DNA of 64,000 nucleotides from Octopus sinensis (Eukaryota), in contig NC_043019.1 in assembly GCF_006345805.1 (NCBI RefSeq), positions 5,393,360 through 5,457,359 of the forward strand. The letters run 5' to 3'. Numbering within the stretch: the stretch's first letter is position 1; every line of letters begins with the position of its first letter. Under the pieces are notes generated by a model, which did no database searches, was not told the origin of the DNA, and worked only from the letters and a program-made list of their open reading frames with translations. This document shows, piece by piece, positions 23,356-37,237 of the stretch. Position numbers and translations under genes: made by a program.

Positions 23356-25824
23356 TTATATATATATATATATATAATATCCCTCTCTCTCTTTCGGAGA
23401 GGCACTGAGCAGCTATACGCACACATACACACACGGCAGTAACTTCCGCCTACCAAATTCAATCACAAAGCTCCGGTCGGCTCGGGGCTATAGTGGAAGA
23501 CACCTACCCAAAGTGCCACGCAGTGGGACTGAACCCGAAACCATGTAGCTAGGAAGCAAGTATATATATATATACATATATATATAATAAATGCGCCCTT
23601 TTTCAAGCCTAGCCAGGCTCATGGGTCCGGTTTCTCGGTTTCTATGTACGGGACACCAGTCCATCGCAGCGTTACTCATTTTTACCAGATGAGTGGACTC
23701 GAGCACCTGAAAAGAAGTGTTTTGCTCAAGAACACAACGCGTCGCCCGGTCCAGGAATCGAAACCACAATCTTACGATCATGAGGCTGACACCCTAACCA
23801 TTAAGCCATGCGCCTCCACAATATGGGCACATTTTAATGACTGTGCCCATGCTGGGGCATTGCTTTGAAGAAGTTTTAGCCGAATGAATCGATTCCAGTA
23901 CGCTTTTTTCCCCGTTTGGTACTTATTTTATCGGTCGCTTTTGCCAAATCGTTAAGTTACACCAACACACACACACACGATGGACTTCTTTCAGTTTCCG
24001 TCTACCAAATCCACTCACGAGGCTTTGGTCAGTCTGAGAGGTTATAGTAGGACACTTGCCCAAGATGCAACGCAGTGGGACTGAACCTGGAACCGCGTAG
24101 CTGGGGAGCAAGCTTCTTACCACACAGCCACCACTGCATACTTACAATATATATAAATATATACACACACACACGAGATAGATAGATAGATATACTCTTT
24201 TTTTTTTTTACTTGTTTCAGTCATTTGACTGCGGCCATGCTGGAGCACCGCCTTTAGTCGAGCAACTCGATCCCAGGACTTATTCTTTTTGTAAGCCCAG
24301 TACTTATTCTATCGGTATCTTTTGCCGAACCGCTAAGTAACGGGGACATAAACACACCAGCATCGGTTGTCAAGCAATGCTAGGGGGACAAACACAGACA
24401 CACAAACACACACACATACATACATATATATACATATATACGACAAGCTTCTTTCAGTTTCCGTCTACCAAATCCATTCACAAGGCATTGGTAGGCCTGA
24501 GACTATAGCAGAAGACACTTGCCCAAGATGCCACACAATGGGACTGAACCCTGAACCATGTGGTTGGTAAGCAAGCTAGGGCTGAACACAGAGGGGACAG
24601 ATTACAAAGTAGAGTTTTTCTTTTTGGGAAGGGGAAGGACAGAAAAAAAAAAGATAGATAAATAGATAGATCGATAGATAGAGCTTAGTATAGTTTGAAG
24701 AGAAGCATTGTACGATATAGCAAGTTAAAATAGTTTCAAAACCAAAACAATAAAATTCAAAATAAAGGGTTGTCGGCAGTAAACCACCAGTTATTGAAAT
24801 AATCTGAAAAAGCTCCAAGTATTCCTGTTTCTCTCTTTGTATCAAACCTGTATTCTGTCAATTTCTCCCCCTATCTTTGGCAGGGTTTTCAAAAACTTCA
24901 CACCCTTCTTGTCACCATTACTGGGTACATTTTTATTGTTTTAGCAGCGCTAGAAAGGATTGTCACCAACAAGACTAGTGAGCCTATTTCTTTACTACCC
25001 ACGAAGGGCTAAACACAGAGGAGACAAACAAGGACAGACACACGGATTAAGTCGATTGTATCGACCCCAGTGCGTAACTGGTATTAATTTATCGATCCCG
25101 AAAGGATGAAAGGCAAAGTCGACCTTGGCGGAATTTGAACTCAGAACATAGTGGCAGACGAAATACCTATTTCTTTACTACCCAGAACGTAACGGCAGAC
25201 GAAATACCGCTAAGCATTTCGCTTGGTGTGCTAACGTTTCTGCCAGCTCACAAGACTAGTGAGCCATCAACCCTCCCCATTCATAACCGGAAATCCACCA
25301 AGTGGTTCACACACACACACACACTTTCCTTTGTTACCACGGTGGTGAGCTGGCAGAATCGTTAGCACGCCGGGCGAAATGCTTAGCGGTATTTCGTCTG
25401 CCATTACGTTGTGAGTTCAAATTCCGCTGAGGTCGACTTTGCCTTTCATCCTTTTGGGGTCGATAAATTAAGTACCAATTACGCACTGGTGGCAATATAA
25501 TCGACTTAACCCGTTTGTCTGTCCTCTCTGTGTTTAGACCCTTGTGGGTAGTAAAGAAATAGGTATTTCGTCTGTCTTTACGTTGAGTTCAAATTCCGCC
25601 AAGGTCGACTTTGCCTTTCATCCTTTCGGAGTTGTGGCTCCCTCCCCCAAAATTCCGGGCCTTTGTCAGCCTGAGGTTATAGTAGAAGACACTTGCCCAA
25701 GGTGCCATGCAGTGGGAGTGAACCCAGAACCACATGGCTGGGAAGCAAACTTCTTACCACACAGCCATACCTGCACCTATGAAACAAAATTTCTCAAATT
25801 CTACCATGCAAACTTCATAATGTA

Positions 25825-26150
25825 CTCATCATCATCATCATTGTTCGACCGTGGTCGAGACAATGGAATTTACCATGCTACGCCAGACTTCACGGTCCAT
25901 CATGGCATTACGGAGGTCCTGTTGCTGGATGCCTGTATCCCTGGAGATTACATCAGGGTAGGAGAGTGTGCGCCCTCTGGTATCGCAAGTAGATGGCTTC
26001 CAGAGGAGAAGAGTAGAGATTACCTCTTTTTCAGCTCTACAACAATGTCCAACAAACTGGACTCTCCTACCTTTCACAAGAGATGACACAGGTGGTAGTT
26101 TCCCATATATTTGCATTTTGGTTGGATGGCGCTTCTACGAGAGATGTACT
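25825..26150 (-). mobile_element. RTE-group LINE 3' end with (TGA)n tail
   Basis: QIYGKLPPVSSLVKGRRVQFVGHC...LLLWKP...MMDREVWR...* followed by TGATGATGA. Confidence 0.8.
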
Positions 26151-26821
26151 CATAGGTGAACTGTGCCCTAAGACAGACTAATCACATCTGGAATGCTTTT
26201 AATTCTAGGTCTATTTGATCAAAGCTGACCTGAGGGCCAGCCAAAAATGACCCCTCACTATGAAACACAATGTATCATTTCCTCTCCAACAGTTCCTGAC
26301 TCCTTTCAACCACCCAGGTATGTGCCACCTGGGTCATAGCAATCCTTCTGTTGCTCATCCAAGCCTTTATCTTTATATTTTCAACCCTTCTGGAACCTTT
26401 TCTCACCTACATTTTCACCTAAAGCCCTTAACCTGAGACAAACAGCAATCAAATTTCTCTCGCCATTCAGGGAAGGCCACCGACAAATAAGTGATGGGCA
26501 CTGTACCTCCGATGAAATGCTATAAGAAGGAAAAAACCATCATCATCATCGTTGAACGTCTTTTGTCCATGTTGCCGTGGGTTGGAGGGTTTGACCAGGG
26601 CTGGAAGGCTGCACCAGACGCCAGTTCGATTTGTCATGGTTTTCTATGACTGGCTGTGCCCTTCCTAATGCCAACCCCTCCGAGAGTGTAACGGGTGCTT
26701 TTACGTGACACCAGTATCTGCCATCACTGCAATTTTTACTTGGCTTGGTGGGTCTTCTTTCTCAAGCATGACATCATGTCAAAGGTCACGGTCATTCGTC
26801 ATTGCCTCCTCAAAAACGAGC

Positions 26822-28304
26822 TTTTCACATGCCGCCAGCATCAGCCGATTTCCCTCCGTGAGACCCAACACTCGAAAGGTGCCTTTCATGTGCCACCAGC
26901 ATCAGCCGATTTCCCTCCGTGAGACCCAACACTCGAAAGGTGCCTTTCATGTGCCACCAGCATCAGCCGATTTCCCTCCGTGAGACCCAACACTCGAAAG
27001 GTGCCTTTCATGTGCCACCAGCATCAGCCGATTTCCCTCCGTGAGACCCAACACTCGAAAGGTGCCTTTCATGTGCCACCAGCATCAGACAATTTCCCTC
27101 CGTGAGACCCAACACTCGAAAGGTGCCTTTCATGTGCCACCAGCATCAGACAATTTCCCTCCGTGAGACCCAACACTCGAAAGGTGCCTTTCATGTGCCA
27201 CCAGCATCAGCCGATTTCCCTCCGTGAGACCCAACACTCGAAAGGTGCCTTTCATGTGCCACCAGCATCAGCCGATTTCCCTCCGTGAGACCCAACACTC
27301 GAAAGGTGCCTTTCATGTGCCACCAGCATCAGCCGATTTCCCTCCGTGAGACCCAACACTCGAAAGGTGCCTTTCATGTGCCACCAGCATCAGCCGATTT
27401 CCCTCCGTGAGACCCAACACTCGAAAGGTGCCTTTCATGTGCCACCAGCATCAGCCGATTTCCCTCCGTGAGACCCAACACTCGAAAGGTGCCTTTCATG
27501 TGCCACCAGCATCAGCCGATTTCCCTCCGTGAGACCCAACACTCGAAAGGTGCCTTTCATGTGCCACCAGCATCAGCCGATTTCCCTCCGTGAGACCCAA
27601 CACTCGAAAGGTGCCTTTCATGTGCCACCAGCATCAGACAATTTCCCTCCGTGAGACCCAACACTCGAAAGGTGCCTTTCATGTGCCACCAGCATCAGAC
27701 AATTTCCCTCCGTGAGACCCAACACTCGAAAGGTGCCTTTCATGTGCCACCAGCATCAGCCGATTTCCCTCCGTGAGACCCAACACTCGAAAGGTGCCTT
27801 TCATGTGCCGCCAGCATCAGCCAATTTCCCTCCGTGAGACCCAACACTCGAAAGGTGCCTTTCATGTGCCGCCAGCATCAGCCAATTTCCCTCCGTGAGA
27901 CCCAACACTCGAAAGGTGCCTTTCATGTGCCGCCAGCATCAGCCGATTTCCCTCCGTGAGACCCAACACTCGAAAGGTGCCTTTCATGTGCCACCAGCAT
28001 CAGACAATTTCCCTCCGTGAGACCCAACACTCGAAAGGTGCCTTTCATGTGCCACCAGCATCAGACAATTTCCCTCCGTGAGACCCAACACTCGAAAGGT
28101 GCCTTTCATGTGCCACCAGCATCAGACAATTTCCCTCCGTGAGACCCAACACTCGAAAGGTGCCTTTCATGTGCCACCAGCATCAGCCGATTTCCCTCCG
28201 TGAGACCCAACACTCGAAAGGTGCCTTTCATGTGCCACCAGCATCAGACAATTTCCCTCCGTGAGACCCAACACTCGAAAGGTGCCACTTATGTGCCACC
28301 AGCA
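26822..28304. repeat. 61-bp minisatellite, ~24 copies
   Basis: Unit ATGTGCCACCAGCATCAGCCGATTTCCCTCCGTGAGACCCAACACTCGAAAGGTGCCTTTC; one-base shift per 60-nt line confirms period 61. Confidence 0.97.
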
Positions 28305-28351
28305 ATACAAGAATAACAAGATCCAAACAAACAGTTGAATTGTTTTAGATG

Positions 28352-28357
28352 TTTATT
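28352..28357 (-). promoter_or_regulatory. Putative RBM8A polyadenylation signal (AATAAA on minus strand)
   Basis: TTTATT on the plus strand, ~87 nt downstream of the stop codon. Confidence 0.55.
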
Positions 28358-28443
28358 AAAATGAAGATGGATCCCACCCCACTCCCGCACTCCAACAATA
28401 GTAAAAAATAATGAAAAGATTTTGATACAAAATAGTTTTCCCA

Positions 28444-28504
28444 TCAGCGCCTTCGTCTGTCTTCTCTGTCTCCTCGGTCCCTATCTCGGTCACGCCGGCT
28501 CCGA
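28444..28504 (-). CDS. RBM8A: RBM8A/Y14 exon 6 (Arg/Asp-rich tail, stop)
   Basis: Acceptor ttttttgcag|T completes AG|T; (S)RSRRDRDRDRGDREDRRRR*; 61 nt fits the phase. Confidence 0.8.
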
Positions 28505-29491
28505 CTGCAAAAAAGCCAAGAAGCAAAAATGAAAAACCATTAACTCATTAGCATTTAACCCTTTAGCATTCAGATTATTCTCTCAACGGTAACACTTTTT
28601 CATTCAAATTGTTTTTAATTAATCCTGCATTATTTTGCAGTCTTGAAATTTTGATGATGTGACTGTATATTTTATAGTGGCATTGAAGGGTAGGTATGAT
28701 AGGCTTGATCTGACCAGTTAGAACATAAAACAGGAATGGCGCAGGAATGGCTGTGTGGTAAGTAGCTTGCTAACCAACCACATGGTTCCGGGTTCAGTCC
28801 CACTGCGTGGCATCTTGGGCAAGTGTCTTCTGCTATAGCCCCGGGCCGACCAATGCCTTGTGAGTGGATTTGGTAGACGGAAACTGAAAGAAGCCTGTCG
28901 TATATATGTATATATATATATGTATGTGTTTGTGTGTCTCTGTTTGTCCCCCTAGCATTGCTTGACAACCGATGCTGGTGTGTTTACGTCCCCGTCACTT
29001 AGCGGTTCGGCAAAAGAGACCGATAGAATAAGTACTGGGCTTACAAAGAATAAGTCCCGGGGTCGATTTGCTCGACTAAAGGCAGTGCTCCAGCATGGCC
29101 GCAGTCAAATGACTGAAACAAGTAAAAGAGTAAAAGAGAGAGAGAAGCATATTTGGGCCGGATATGGCCAGTTTAAATGCTAAATGGTTAAACTGGCCAT
29201 ATCCAGACAAAAGATTCCGTTTCATCTTCAAACTGCCCAGATCCAGCCTCTCACACATACACGAAAATATTATTCTAAAAATAAATAATCACGTCATTGA
29301 AATCTCAAAGCTACAGGGTAATGAATGATTGATTCAAACCAATGTGAACAAATAAGCATTACATTTGACAGAGAAATCTGAATGCTAAACCTTTTTTGAT
29401 TCCAACTCAGTTCAAGACTGTCTCTGTCTCCAAGACAACTAATATCAAAGCATTTCTAATTGAAGTTAAAAATCTTCCTTCATAGCATTAA

Positions 29492-30106
29492 CCCTTTCGT
29501 TACTGTATTTATTTTGAGATGCTCTGTGTTTCTTTCAATTACTTTAAATATAACAAAGAATTTATTAAAATAACTTAGTTAACATTAAGCTAGTGTTTGG
29601 AACATAAATTGTGACTAAGGTTTGTGACTAAGATTTTAATTGAAAACTCATGTAAACAAGACATTTGTACTACTGAGCCAGAGCCAGTTTTAGCCGGGTT
29701 GGTAACAAAAGGGTTAAATATAACAAAGAATTTAGTAAAATAACTTAGTTAACATTAACCCTTTAGCATTTAAACTGGCCATATCCGGCCAAAAGTATTC
29801 TGACTGTTTTATGTTCAAACTGGCCAGATCTGGTCTCTTACACCAGCCCTACAATATCGTTTTAAAAATTAACAGCTACCTCATCAAAATCTCATAGCTA
29901 CAAGATAATGCATGATTAGTTCAAAACAATGTGGATGAAAAAGCATTAATTTTGGCAGAATAATGCAAACACTAAAGGGTTAAGCTAGTGTTAGGAACAT
30001 AAATTGTGACTAAGGTTTGGTGGAAGGTTTTAATTGAAAACTTATGAAAAAAAGACATTTGTACTTAGAACCAGAGCCAGTTTCAGCCGGGTTGGTAACA
30101 AAAGGG
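29492..30106. mobile_element. Cluster of piggyBac-type MITEs: A (29492-29713), and B (29759-29979) nested in a second A
   Basis: CCCTTT...AAAGGG termini, each flanked by TTAA. Confidence 0.85.
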
Positions 30107-31079
30107 TTAATATCATCATTATTATGCTTCTTGACACTGACTTACAATGAAAAGTTCATTGTTTTACCAAATAAATTCTATGAAAATCTCAAAAATTAAT
30201 TACAAAACATAGGAAATGTGTTTCAATGGAATTAAAGTTGTTAGCATAATGTAATAAAATAAATAAAATGTAAAACAATTAAAACAGGAAAACTAATGGA
30301 AACTATTTCGTTTTTGGATTTGGTTTGCAAGATTCTTTATGTGAGTTCGTGTGTTGGAGCATATTCTGTTGTGTCTGTGCCTTATAATTTAATACACTTA
30401 CCGGTAAAATTTCCACCTTTTTTTCTTTTTTTTTTTTCCTAAAATTTTCGTTGTGTCTTGCAACCTTTTCAATAGTCAAAACTATTGAAAAGGTTGCAAG
30501 ACGCAACGGAAATTTTAGGAAAAAAAAAAATAAGGTGCAGGAGTGGCTGTGTGGTAAGTAGCTTGTTTACCAACCACATGGTTCCGGGTTCAGTCCCACT
30601 GCGTGGTACCTTGGGCAAGTGTGTTCTACTATAGCTTCGGGCCAACCAAAGCCTTGTGAGTGGATTTGGTAGACGGAAACTGAAAGAAGCCCGTCGTATA
30701 TATGTGTGTATGTGTGTCTGTATTTGTCCCCCTAGCATTGCTTGACAACCGATGCTGGTGTGTTTATGTCCCCGTTACTTAGCGGTTCGGCAAAAGAGAC
30801 CGATAGAATAAGTACTGGGATTACAAAAGAATAAGTCCCGGGGTCGAGTTGCTCGATTAAAGGCGGTGCTCCAGCATAGCCGCAGTCAAATGACTGAAAC
30901 AAGTAAAAGAGTAAGAAATAAGTGGAAATTGTACCGGTGAGTGTGTTAAATAATAAGGCACAAAAAGAGGATGACTCTCCCCAGACACAACAGAATAATG
31001 GAAACTAGTCGAGTGATATTTGTGAGGAGTGTGATGTGAGAAAAACTACAACAGTTTGAATATAAATCAAGATCTTTAC

Positions 31080-31210
31080 CTGCTTTTCCTTGGTCCACGC
31101 ACAAAACACCAGTCAACGTTTATTTTCTGTCCAAGCATGTCAGATCCATTCAGGGCATCCATTGCACTTTGAGCTTCTTTGAACGTTTCGTATTCAACGA
31201 GAGCATAACC
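31080..31210 (-). CDS. RBM8A: RBM8A exon 5
   Basis: cag|[36 protein letters not shown]...|gtaaag; contains the RNP1 motif. Confidence 0.97.
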
Positions 31211-31254
31211 CTGTTTGAAACAGAAACACAATGACCATAATTTAGGAAATATAC

Positions 31255-31445
31255 TGGCACTGGTACCACAGAAATGGCACTTGTGTTCGTACCACATTAA
31301 AACCATCAGTTCTGGTACCACATAAAAAGCACTTGTGTTGGTACCACATTAAAACCATCAGTGCTGGTACCACATAAAAAGCACAGGTGCTGCAGAAATA
31401 GCACTTGTGTTGGTACCACATTAAAACCATCAGTGCTGGTGCCAC
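31255..31445. repeat. ~52-bp tandem repeat (~4 degenerate copies) in RBM8A intron 4
   Basis: Repeated TGGTACCACATTAAAACCATCAGT and GGTACCACATAAAAAGCAC. Confidence 0.8.
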
Positions 31446-32106
31446 ATAGAAAGTAGCCAGTAAAACTCTGTGGAGTGGTTGGTATTAGAAAGGGTACCCA
31501 GCTGTAGAAACCATGCCAGAACAGACAATGGTGCAGCCACCGGCCTTACCAGCTCTGGTCAAACCGTCCAACCTATGCCAGCATGGAAAACAATAGTTAA
31601 ATGATGATGACGACAATGATCTTGAAGTAAGGACATCCAATTTTACCAAAACTAAGCAGACAACTCAGGATCAATAATAGGAATAAAAATGAGTTCAAAC
31701 TTTGCCATTTATGTGGCACCGGTACAGGACTGTTGTAAGGGAGAGTAGCCCCTGCAGTGGAGGACGGGTTTTCTTTTCATCTGCATGGGAAACAATAGTT
31801 AAGGTAGACTAAATGATCAGAGAACAATGGAATACACTGAACGGACCTTTATGAACTCAGTTCAAGTATCACCAGAGTCAACTTTGTCTTAATCCCTCCT
31901 GGGGTGATCAAATGAAGTCCAAATCAAGTACTGGACTTCGATATAATCAATAACTCCCTTTTGCCCTAAATTTTTGGCTTCACGCTCAAGTTATTGAAAC
32001 AAACACAGAGCATCTCAAAATGAATACAGCAACGAAAGGGTCAAACATTCATTTTCAACTGAGTCAAAACATTTTCCCAAGAATATAACGAAGAGAGACG
32101 GATTAC

Positions 32107-32243
32107 CTTAATGAAGCCTGTTCTTCGATCCAGGTTGACATTCAGATTCTTTATTTCTCCATAATTTGCAAATATTTCATAGACATCATCTTCCTGTGCT
32201 TCTTCGTGGACGCCAGTGATGAAGAGAATCCATCCTTCGACAG
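32107..32243 (-). CDS. RBM8A: RBM8A exon 4
   Basis: cag|(S)[45 protein letters not shown]|gtaatc; 137 nt. Confidence 0.97.
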
Positions 32244-35200
32244 CTGCAGGTAAGAAAATGCAACCAAACAATATTCAGATTAGGTGAGATCAGACGTGTG
32301 AGCTCCAGGCTGCAGCAAATGGTCAAGAGTTGCAATTATGAATAAAATTTGTTGACCAGGAGATGTAGTGGCTTGCTGTACGTGATAAGACATGTCAGGC
32401 TAAGTAAAGCTGTTGTCTTCCAAACATACAGCACAGTCTTAAGTGGTTGGCATTAGGAAGGGCATCCAGCCATAGAAACCGTGTGGAGGCACATGGCCTA
32501 GTGGTTAGAACTGCTGACTCTTTCGCCACAACTTTCTCTCACTCTTTCCTCCTGCATCTTGCAGTTCACCTGCGACAGACTGGCGTCCCGTCCAGATGGG
32601 GAACCTATACGCCAAGGAAACCGGGAATCCGGCCCTAATAAGCCAGGCATGGCTCGAGAAGGAACAAACAAAAAAAACATAGAAACCATGTCACGACAGA
32701 CCGTCAGAGTCTGGACAGCTCCCGGTTAACCAGCTTCATGTCAAACCGTCCAACCCATGCCAGGATGGAAAGTGAACATTAAATGGTGATGATGACAAAC
32801 TAAAGGAGAATGCTTAGATTTGATTTAGAACTTGTGATAGTGGAATGATAAGTTATATCTAGGTTTATGTTGCAAATAAATTGGTGAAATCACTCAAAAG
32901 AAATATGGCACACACCATAACAACAACAACATAGGTGAACAGGTTTTGTATGTGGCAGATGATGGAGAAGACTGCTGGAGCAGACCGGTCTGTCCGACGC
33001 ATACAAGTGTGGAGAAAGAGATGTAAAATGATGGTGATGACAACAATTGTTGTCATCACCCGGTCCAGGAATCGAAACCACAATCTTACGATCATGAGGC
33101 TGACACCCTAACCACTGAGCCACGTGCCTCCACAATATGGGTACAGTCATTAAACTATCTTTCATCCTTTCAGGGTTGATAAATTAAGTACCAGTTACGC
33201 ACTGGGGTCGATATAATCGACTTAATCCCTTTGTGAGTGTGTGTGTGTGTTCATTCGTCTACATAGGCGGAGTATTCACAGCTGGGTGACCGTCCTAAAC
33301 AGGCAGTAAATGGTGATGTAGAGTTTACCAGCCAGGTAGAATAAGGTAACATTATGTTGGGTTTTGTTGTTTAACCCCAGGCTGATACTTATTGTGTACA
33401 CCAGTGATTCTCAACTGGGTTTCATATAAGATATTGTTGTTAAAATTTATCTGCAATAAATTCGTTATACTCAAAATATTCAAACTTTTTTTTGTCTAAT
33501 TATAAGAATATCTTCCTCTTTGATCTTTTACTTGTTTCAGTCATTAGATTGCGGTCATGCTGGAGCACTGCCTTGAATGTTTGGTCAACTGGATCAACCC
33601 CAGTACTTTTATTTTTTAAGCCTGGTACTTATTCTATTGGTTTCTTTTTGCTGAACAGCTAAGTTACAGGAACATAAACACACCAACACTGGTTGTCAAG
33701 CAGTGGCGGGGGAGACAAACACTGACACAAAGACACACACATAAATGGGCTTCTTTCAGTTTCCACCTACCAAATCCACTCACAAGGCTTTTGACTGGCC
33801 AGAGGCTATAGTAGAAGACACTTGCCCAAGGTGCCACACAGCGAGATTGAACCCGGAACAATAAGGTTGGGAAGCAAACTTCTTATCACACAGCCATGCC
33901 TGCACCTGAGAGGATTTTCTAAACATCGAATGGCTTGGAGGGTTCATCCAAATAAATATGAACCAAAGTGTCCATAGGCGCAGGAGTGGCTGTGTGGTAA
34001 GTAGCTTGTTTACCAACCACATGGTTCCAGGTTCAGTCCCACTGCATGGCACCTCGGGCAAGTGTCTTCTACTATAACCTCGGGCCGACCAAAGCCTTGT
34101 GAGTGGATTTGGTAGACGGAAACTGAAAGAAGCCTGTCGTATATATGTATATATATATATATGTGTGTGTGTATGTTTGTGCGTGTGTGTTTGTCCCCCT
34201 AGCATTGCTTGACAACTGATGCTGGTGTGTTTATGTCCCCGTCACTTAGCGGTTCGGCAAAAGAGACCGATAGAATAAGTACTGGGCTTACAAAGTTGCT
34301 TGACTAAAGCGGTGCTCCAGCATGGCCGCAGTCAAATGACTGAAACAAGGAAAAGAGTAAAGAGTAAGAGTACACTTATAACCTTAGATTATATAAGTCA
34401 ATGTGGCCTTCCTTTTCTTAAGGTGCAGAGTGAGAGTTGAGGAAGGTTTGACTATCATTTTAGCAGGTGAGGCTTCCTTGAGATAACCATCTGTCTTGTT
34501 TTGCAGTAGAAGAGTTATTGTATGGAATGAGGCAACAGCAAGATTTGAACATGGAAACACAAGGCATTATGGATCAACACTCCAAATATGACCATACCCA
34601 CTGCACCACACAGGAAAGAATTGTATAGCGTTGGCAGGATAGCCACATTTGGAATATCTTCCATCATGAGTGACTAAGGGTTAAATACCAGAATATCAAC
34701 TAGGTTCTCTGTAAAAATACATGCCTTCTAGCTCTGGTAAAATGACATTCAGCAAATGATGAGAGCCACAACTTCTCCATAGGATGCCAGGTTACATCTC
34801 CAAATCACTTGGTTTCTACTTTCAACAGCTAAGCTCAACTGGGTTGATGAAGAATAAAGAATTTTACTAAAAAAATACACTGAAATGCCTGCCCTGGACT
34901 TGAACTCACAACCCACAAATAGACATATCATTCATTACCTTTTTCACGTGGACATTTCAACTCAACCATAAACCTAACGGTTGAAGATTGTTCCGATATG
35001 ATGTCTAATATAGAGAAATAGCAGCCAAATCTCCTTCAAAAAACACCCTGCCTGTACTCCTAGATATACATAGCCTGATTAACTGTAATAGCTACATCAT
35101 TGGAAAGTTGCTTAATAACACACAAATCTGTTAAATTTACTTTTTAATTCAAATTTATTTTATGACGTGTCAAAACTGTCATCTTACAACTGTGATCTGG

Positions 35201-35842
35201 TCATTGACATTGTGGAACTGTGTCAGTCAAATGAAACTGAATTTATCTTCTATGTGTTATTTAGGGGCCAAAATGCAATTCAGTTTCAACAAATGACCTT
35301 AAATCAAAACTCTGAAATGAAGAAATATAACTTTAACTCTTAAGCATTTAAAATGGCCACATCCAGTCAAAATATTCCATTTTATGTTCAAATTGGCCAG
35401 ATCTGGTTTCTCACACCTACCCTACAATGTTGTTCAAAAACTTTAGTTACCTCATCTCAAAGTATAATACAATGCATGACTAATTCAAAACAATGTGAAT
35501 AAATAATTATTACATTTAACAAAATAACATGAATGTTAACTCAAGCATGTCTATGTGGTAAGAAGCTTGCTTCTCAACCACACAGTTCTGGGTTCAGTCC
35601 CACTGCATGGCACCTTGGGCAAGTATCTTCTACTATCCCCATAACTTAGCAGTTTGGCAAAAGAGAAATGACAGAATAAATACTAGGCCTACAAAGAATA
35701 AGTCCTGGGGTCAATTTCTTCAACTACAAACTCTTTAAGGTGGTGCTCCAGCATGGCTGCAGTCAAATGACTGAAACATGTAAAAGAATAAAAAAAATAA
35801 ACCATATCAATCAGAGTTGAGCAGGTGCTTAACAAGAACATC

Positions 35843-36290
35843 ATCATCATCGTTTAACGTCTGCTTTCCATGCTAGCATGGGTTGGACGATTTGACTGAG
35901 GACTGGCGAACCAGATGGCTGTACCAGGTTCCAATCTGATCTGGCAGAGTTTCTACAGCTGGATGCCCTTCCTAACGCCAACCACTCCGAGAGTGTAGTG
36001 GGTGCTTTTATGTGCCACCGGCATGAGGGCCAGTAAGGCGGTACTGGCAACGGCCATGCTCAAATGGTGCTTTTTATGTGCCACCTGCACAGGAGCCAGT
36101 CCAGTAGAATTGGCAACGACCTCGCTTGAATGTTTTCTCATGTGCCAGTAAGGTGACGCAGGTAATGATCACGCTAGAATGGTGCTTCTTACATGCCACC
36201 AGCACGGAGGCCAGTTTGTTGCTCTGGCAACGATCACGCTCGTATGGTACTCTTAGCGCTCCACTAGCACGGATGCCAGTCATCGAATTA
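35843..36290 (-). mobile_element. RTE-LINE 3'UTR-derived fragment with ~62-bp modules and (GAT)n tail
   Basis: Same tail (CCCATGCTAGCATGGAAAGCGGACGTTAAACGATGATG). Related copies at about 26557-26720, 37738-38200, 39670-40150, 49915-50145, 52836-53150, 61500-61740 and 62938-63638. Confidence 0.75.
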
Positions 36291-37159
36291 ACCAAAAATA
36301 CAGATTTCAAACTTTGGCACAGGGCCAACAATTTTGGAGGAAGGAGTACTTTGGAAAGATGAGAGGCAAAGTTGACCTCAGCAGAATTAGAACGCAGATG
36401 GATGACATGTTGCTAAATACTTTGCCCGGCATGTTGACAATTCTTCAAGCTCGCCTCCTTAACACAAACCAAAAAATATTGGTTTCAAATTTTGGCTCAA
36501 GGCCAGCAAGGTTGGGAGGGGTGGGGTTAAATTGATTACAATGATCCCAGTGTTCAACTGGCACAGATTTTATTGACCCTTGCCCTCGACAGAATCTGAA
36601 CTCAGAATGTAAAGATGGTCGAAATGCATCTAAATGTTTTGCTTGGCTTGCTAACGATTCTGCAAGCTTTCCACCTTAACACAAAGCAATATTGGTTTCA
36701 AATTTTGGCACAAAGCCAGCACTTTCGTGGAGGGGGTAAATCAATGACATGGGCCCCAGTGTTCAATTGGTACTTATTTTATTGACCCCCAACAAAATTT
36801 GAACTCAGAATGTAAAGATGGTTGAAATACCGATTTCTTTACTACCCACAAGGGGCTAAACACAGAGAGGACCACACAAGGACAGGCAGACGGATTAAGT
36901 CGATTATATCAACCCCAGTGTGTAACTGGTACTTAATTTATTGACCCCGAAAGGATGAAAGGCAAAGTCGACCTCGGCGGAATTTGAACTCAGAACTCTA
37001 AGTATTTCGCCCGGCGGGCTAACGTTTCTGCCAGCTTGCCACCTTAGATGGTTGAAATGCCGCTAAGCATTTTATGCAACTTGCAGACGATTCCGTAGCT
37101 CGATGCACTGATACCAAACCAAAACTATTAAGAAGTGTTCACGCAAGAATAGTACTCAC

Positions 37160-37237
37160 AGCGTTGAGGTCCTGGGCCCCCATCATCATCAACATCCATC
37201 ACCTCATAGTCCTCCACACCACTTTTAGTCTGGCCAT
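37160..37237 (-). CDS. RBM8A: RBM8A exon 3
   Basis: tttcag|(D)GQTKSGVEDYEVMDVDDDGGPGPQR|gtgagt; 78 nt. Confidence 0.93.

Noticed and set aside
26822-28304. CRISPR array
   Set aside because: Units are whole-length near-identical with no unique spacers, there are no cas genes, the context is eukaryotic, and the unit derives from a LINE 3'UTR module.
26822-28304. Hammerhead in the 61-bp unit (minus strand CTGATGC...GAAA)
   Set aside because: A9 is C and no credible stem II or stem I pairing exists.
34507-34630. Plus-strand exon-like ORF after a polypyrimidine/AG
   Set aside because: Short, antisense to RBM8A, no recognisable protein, ends in a stop.
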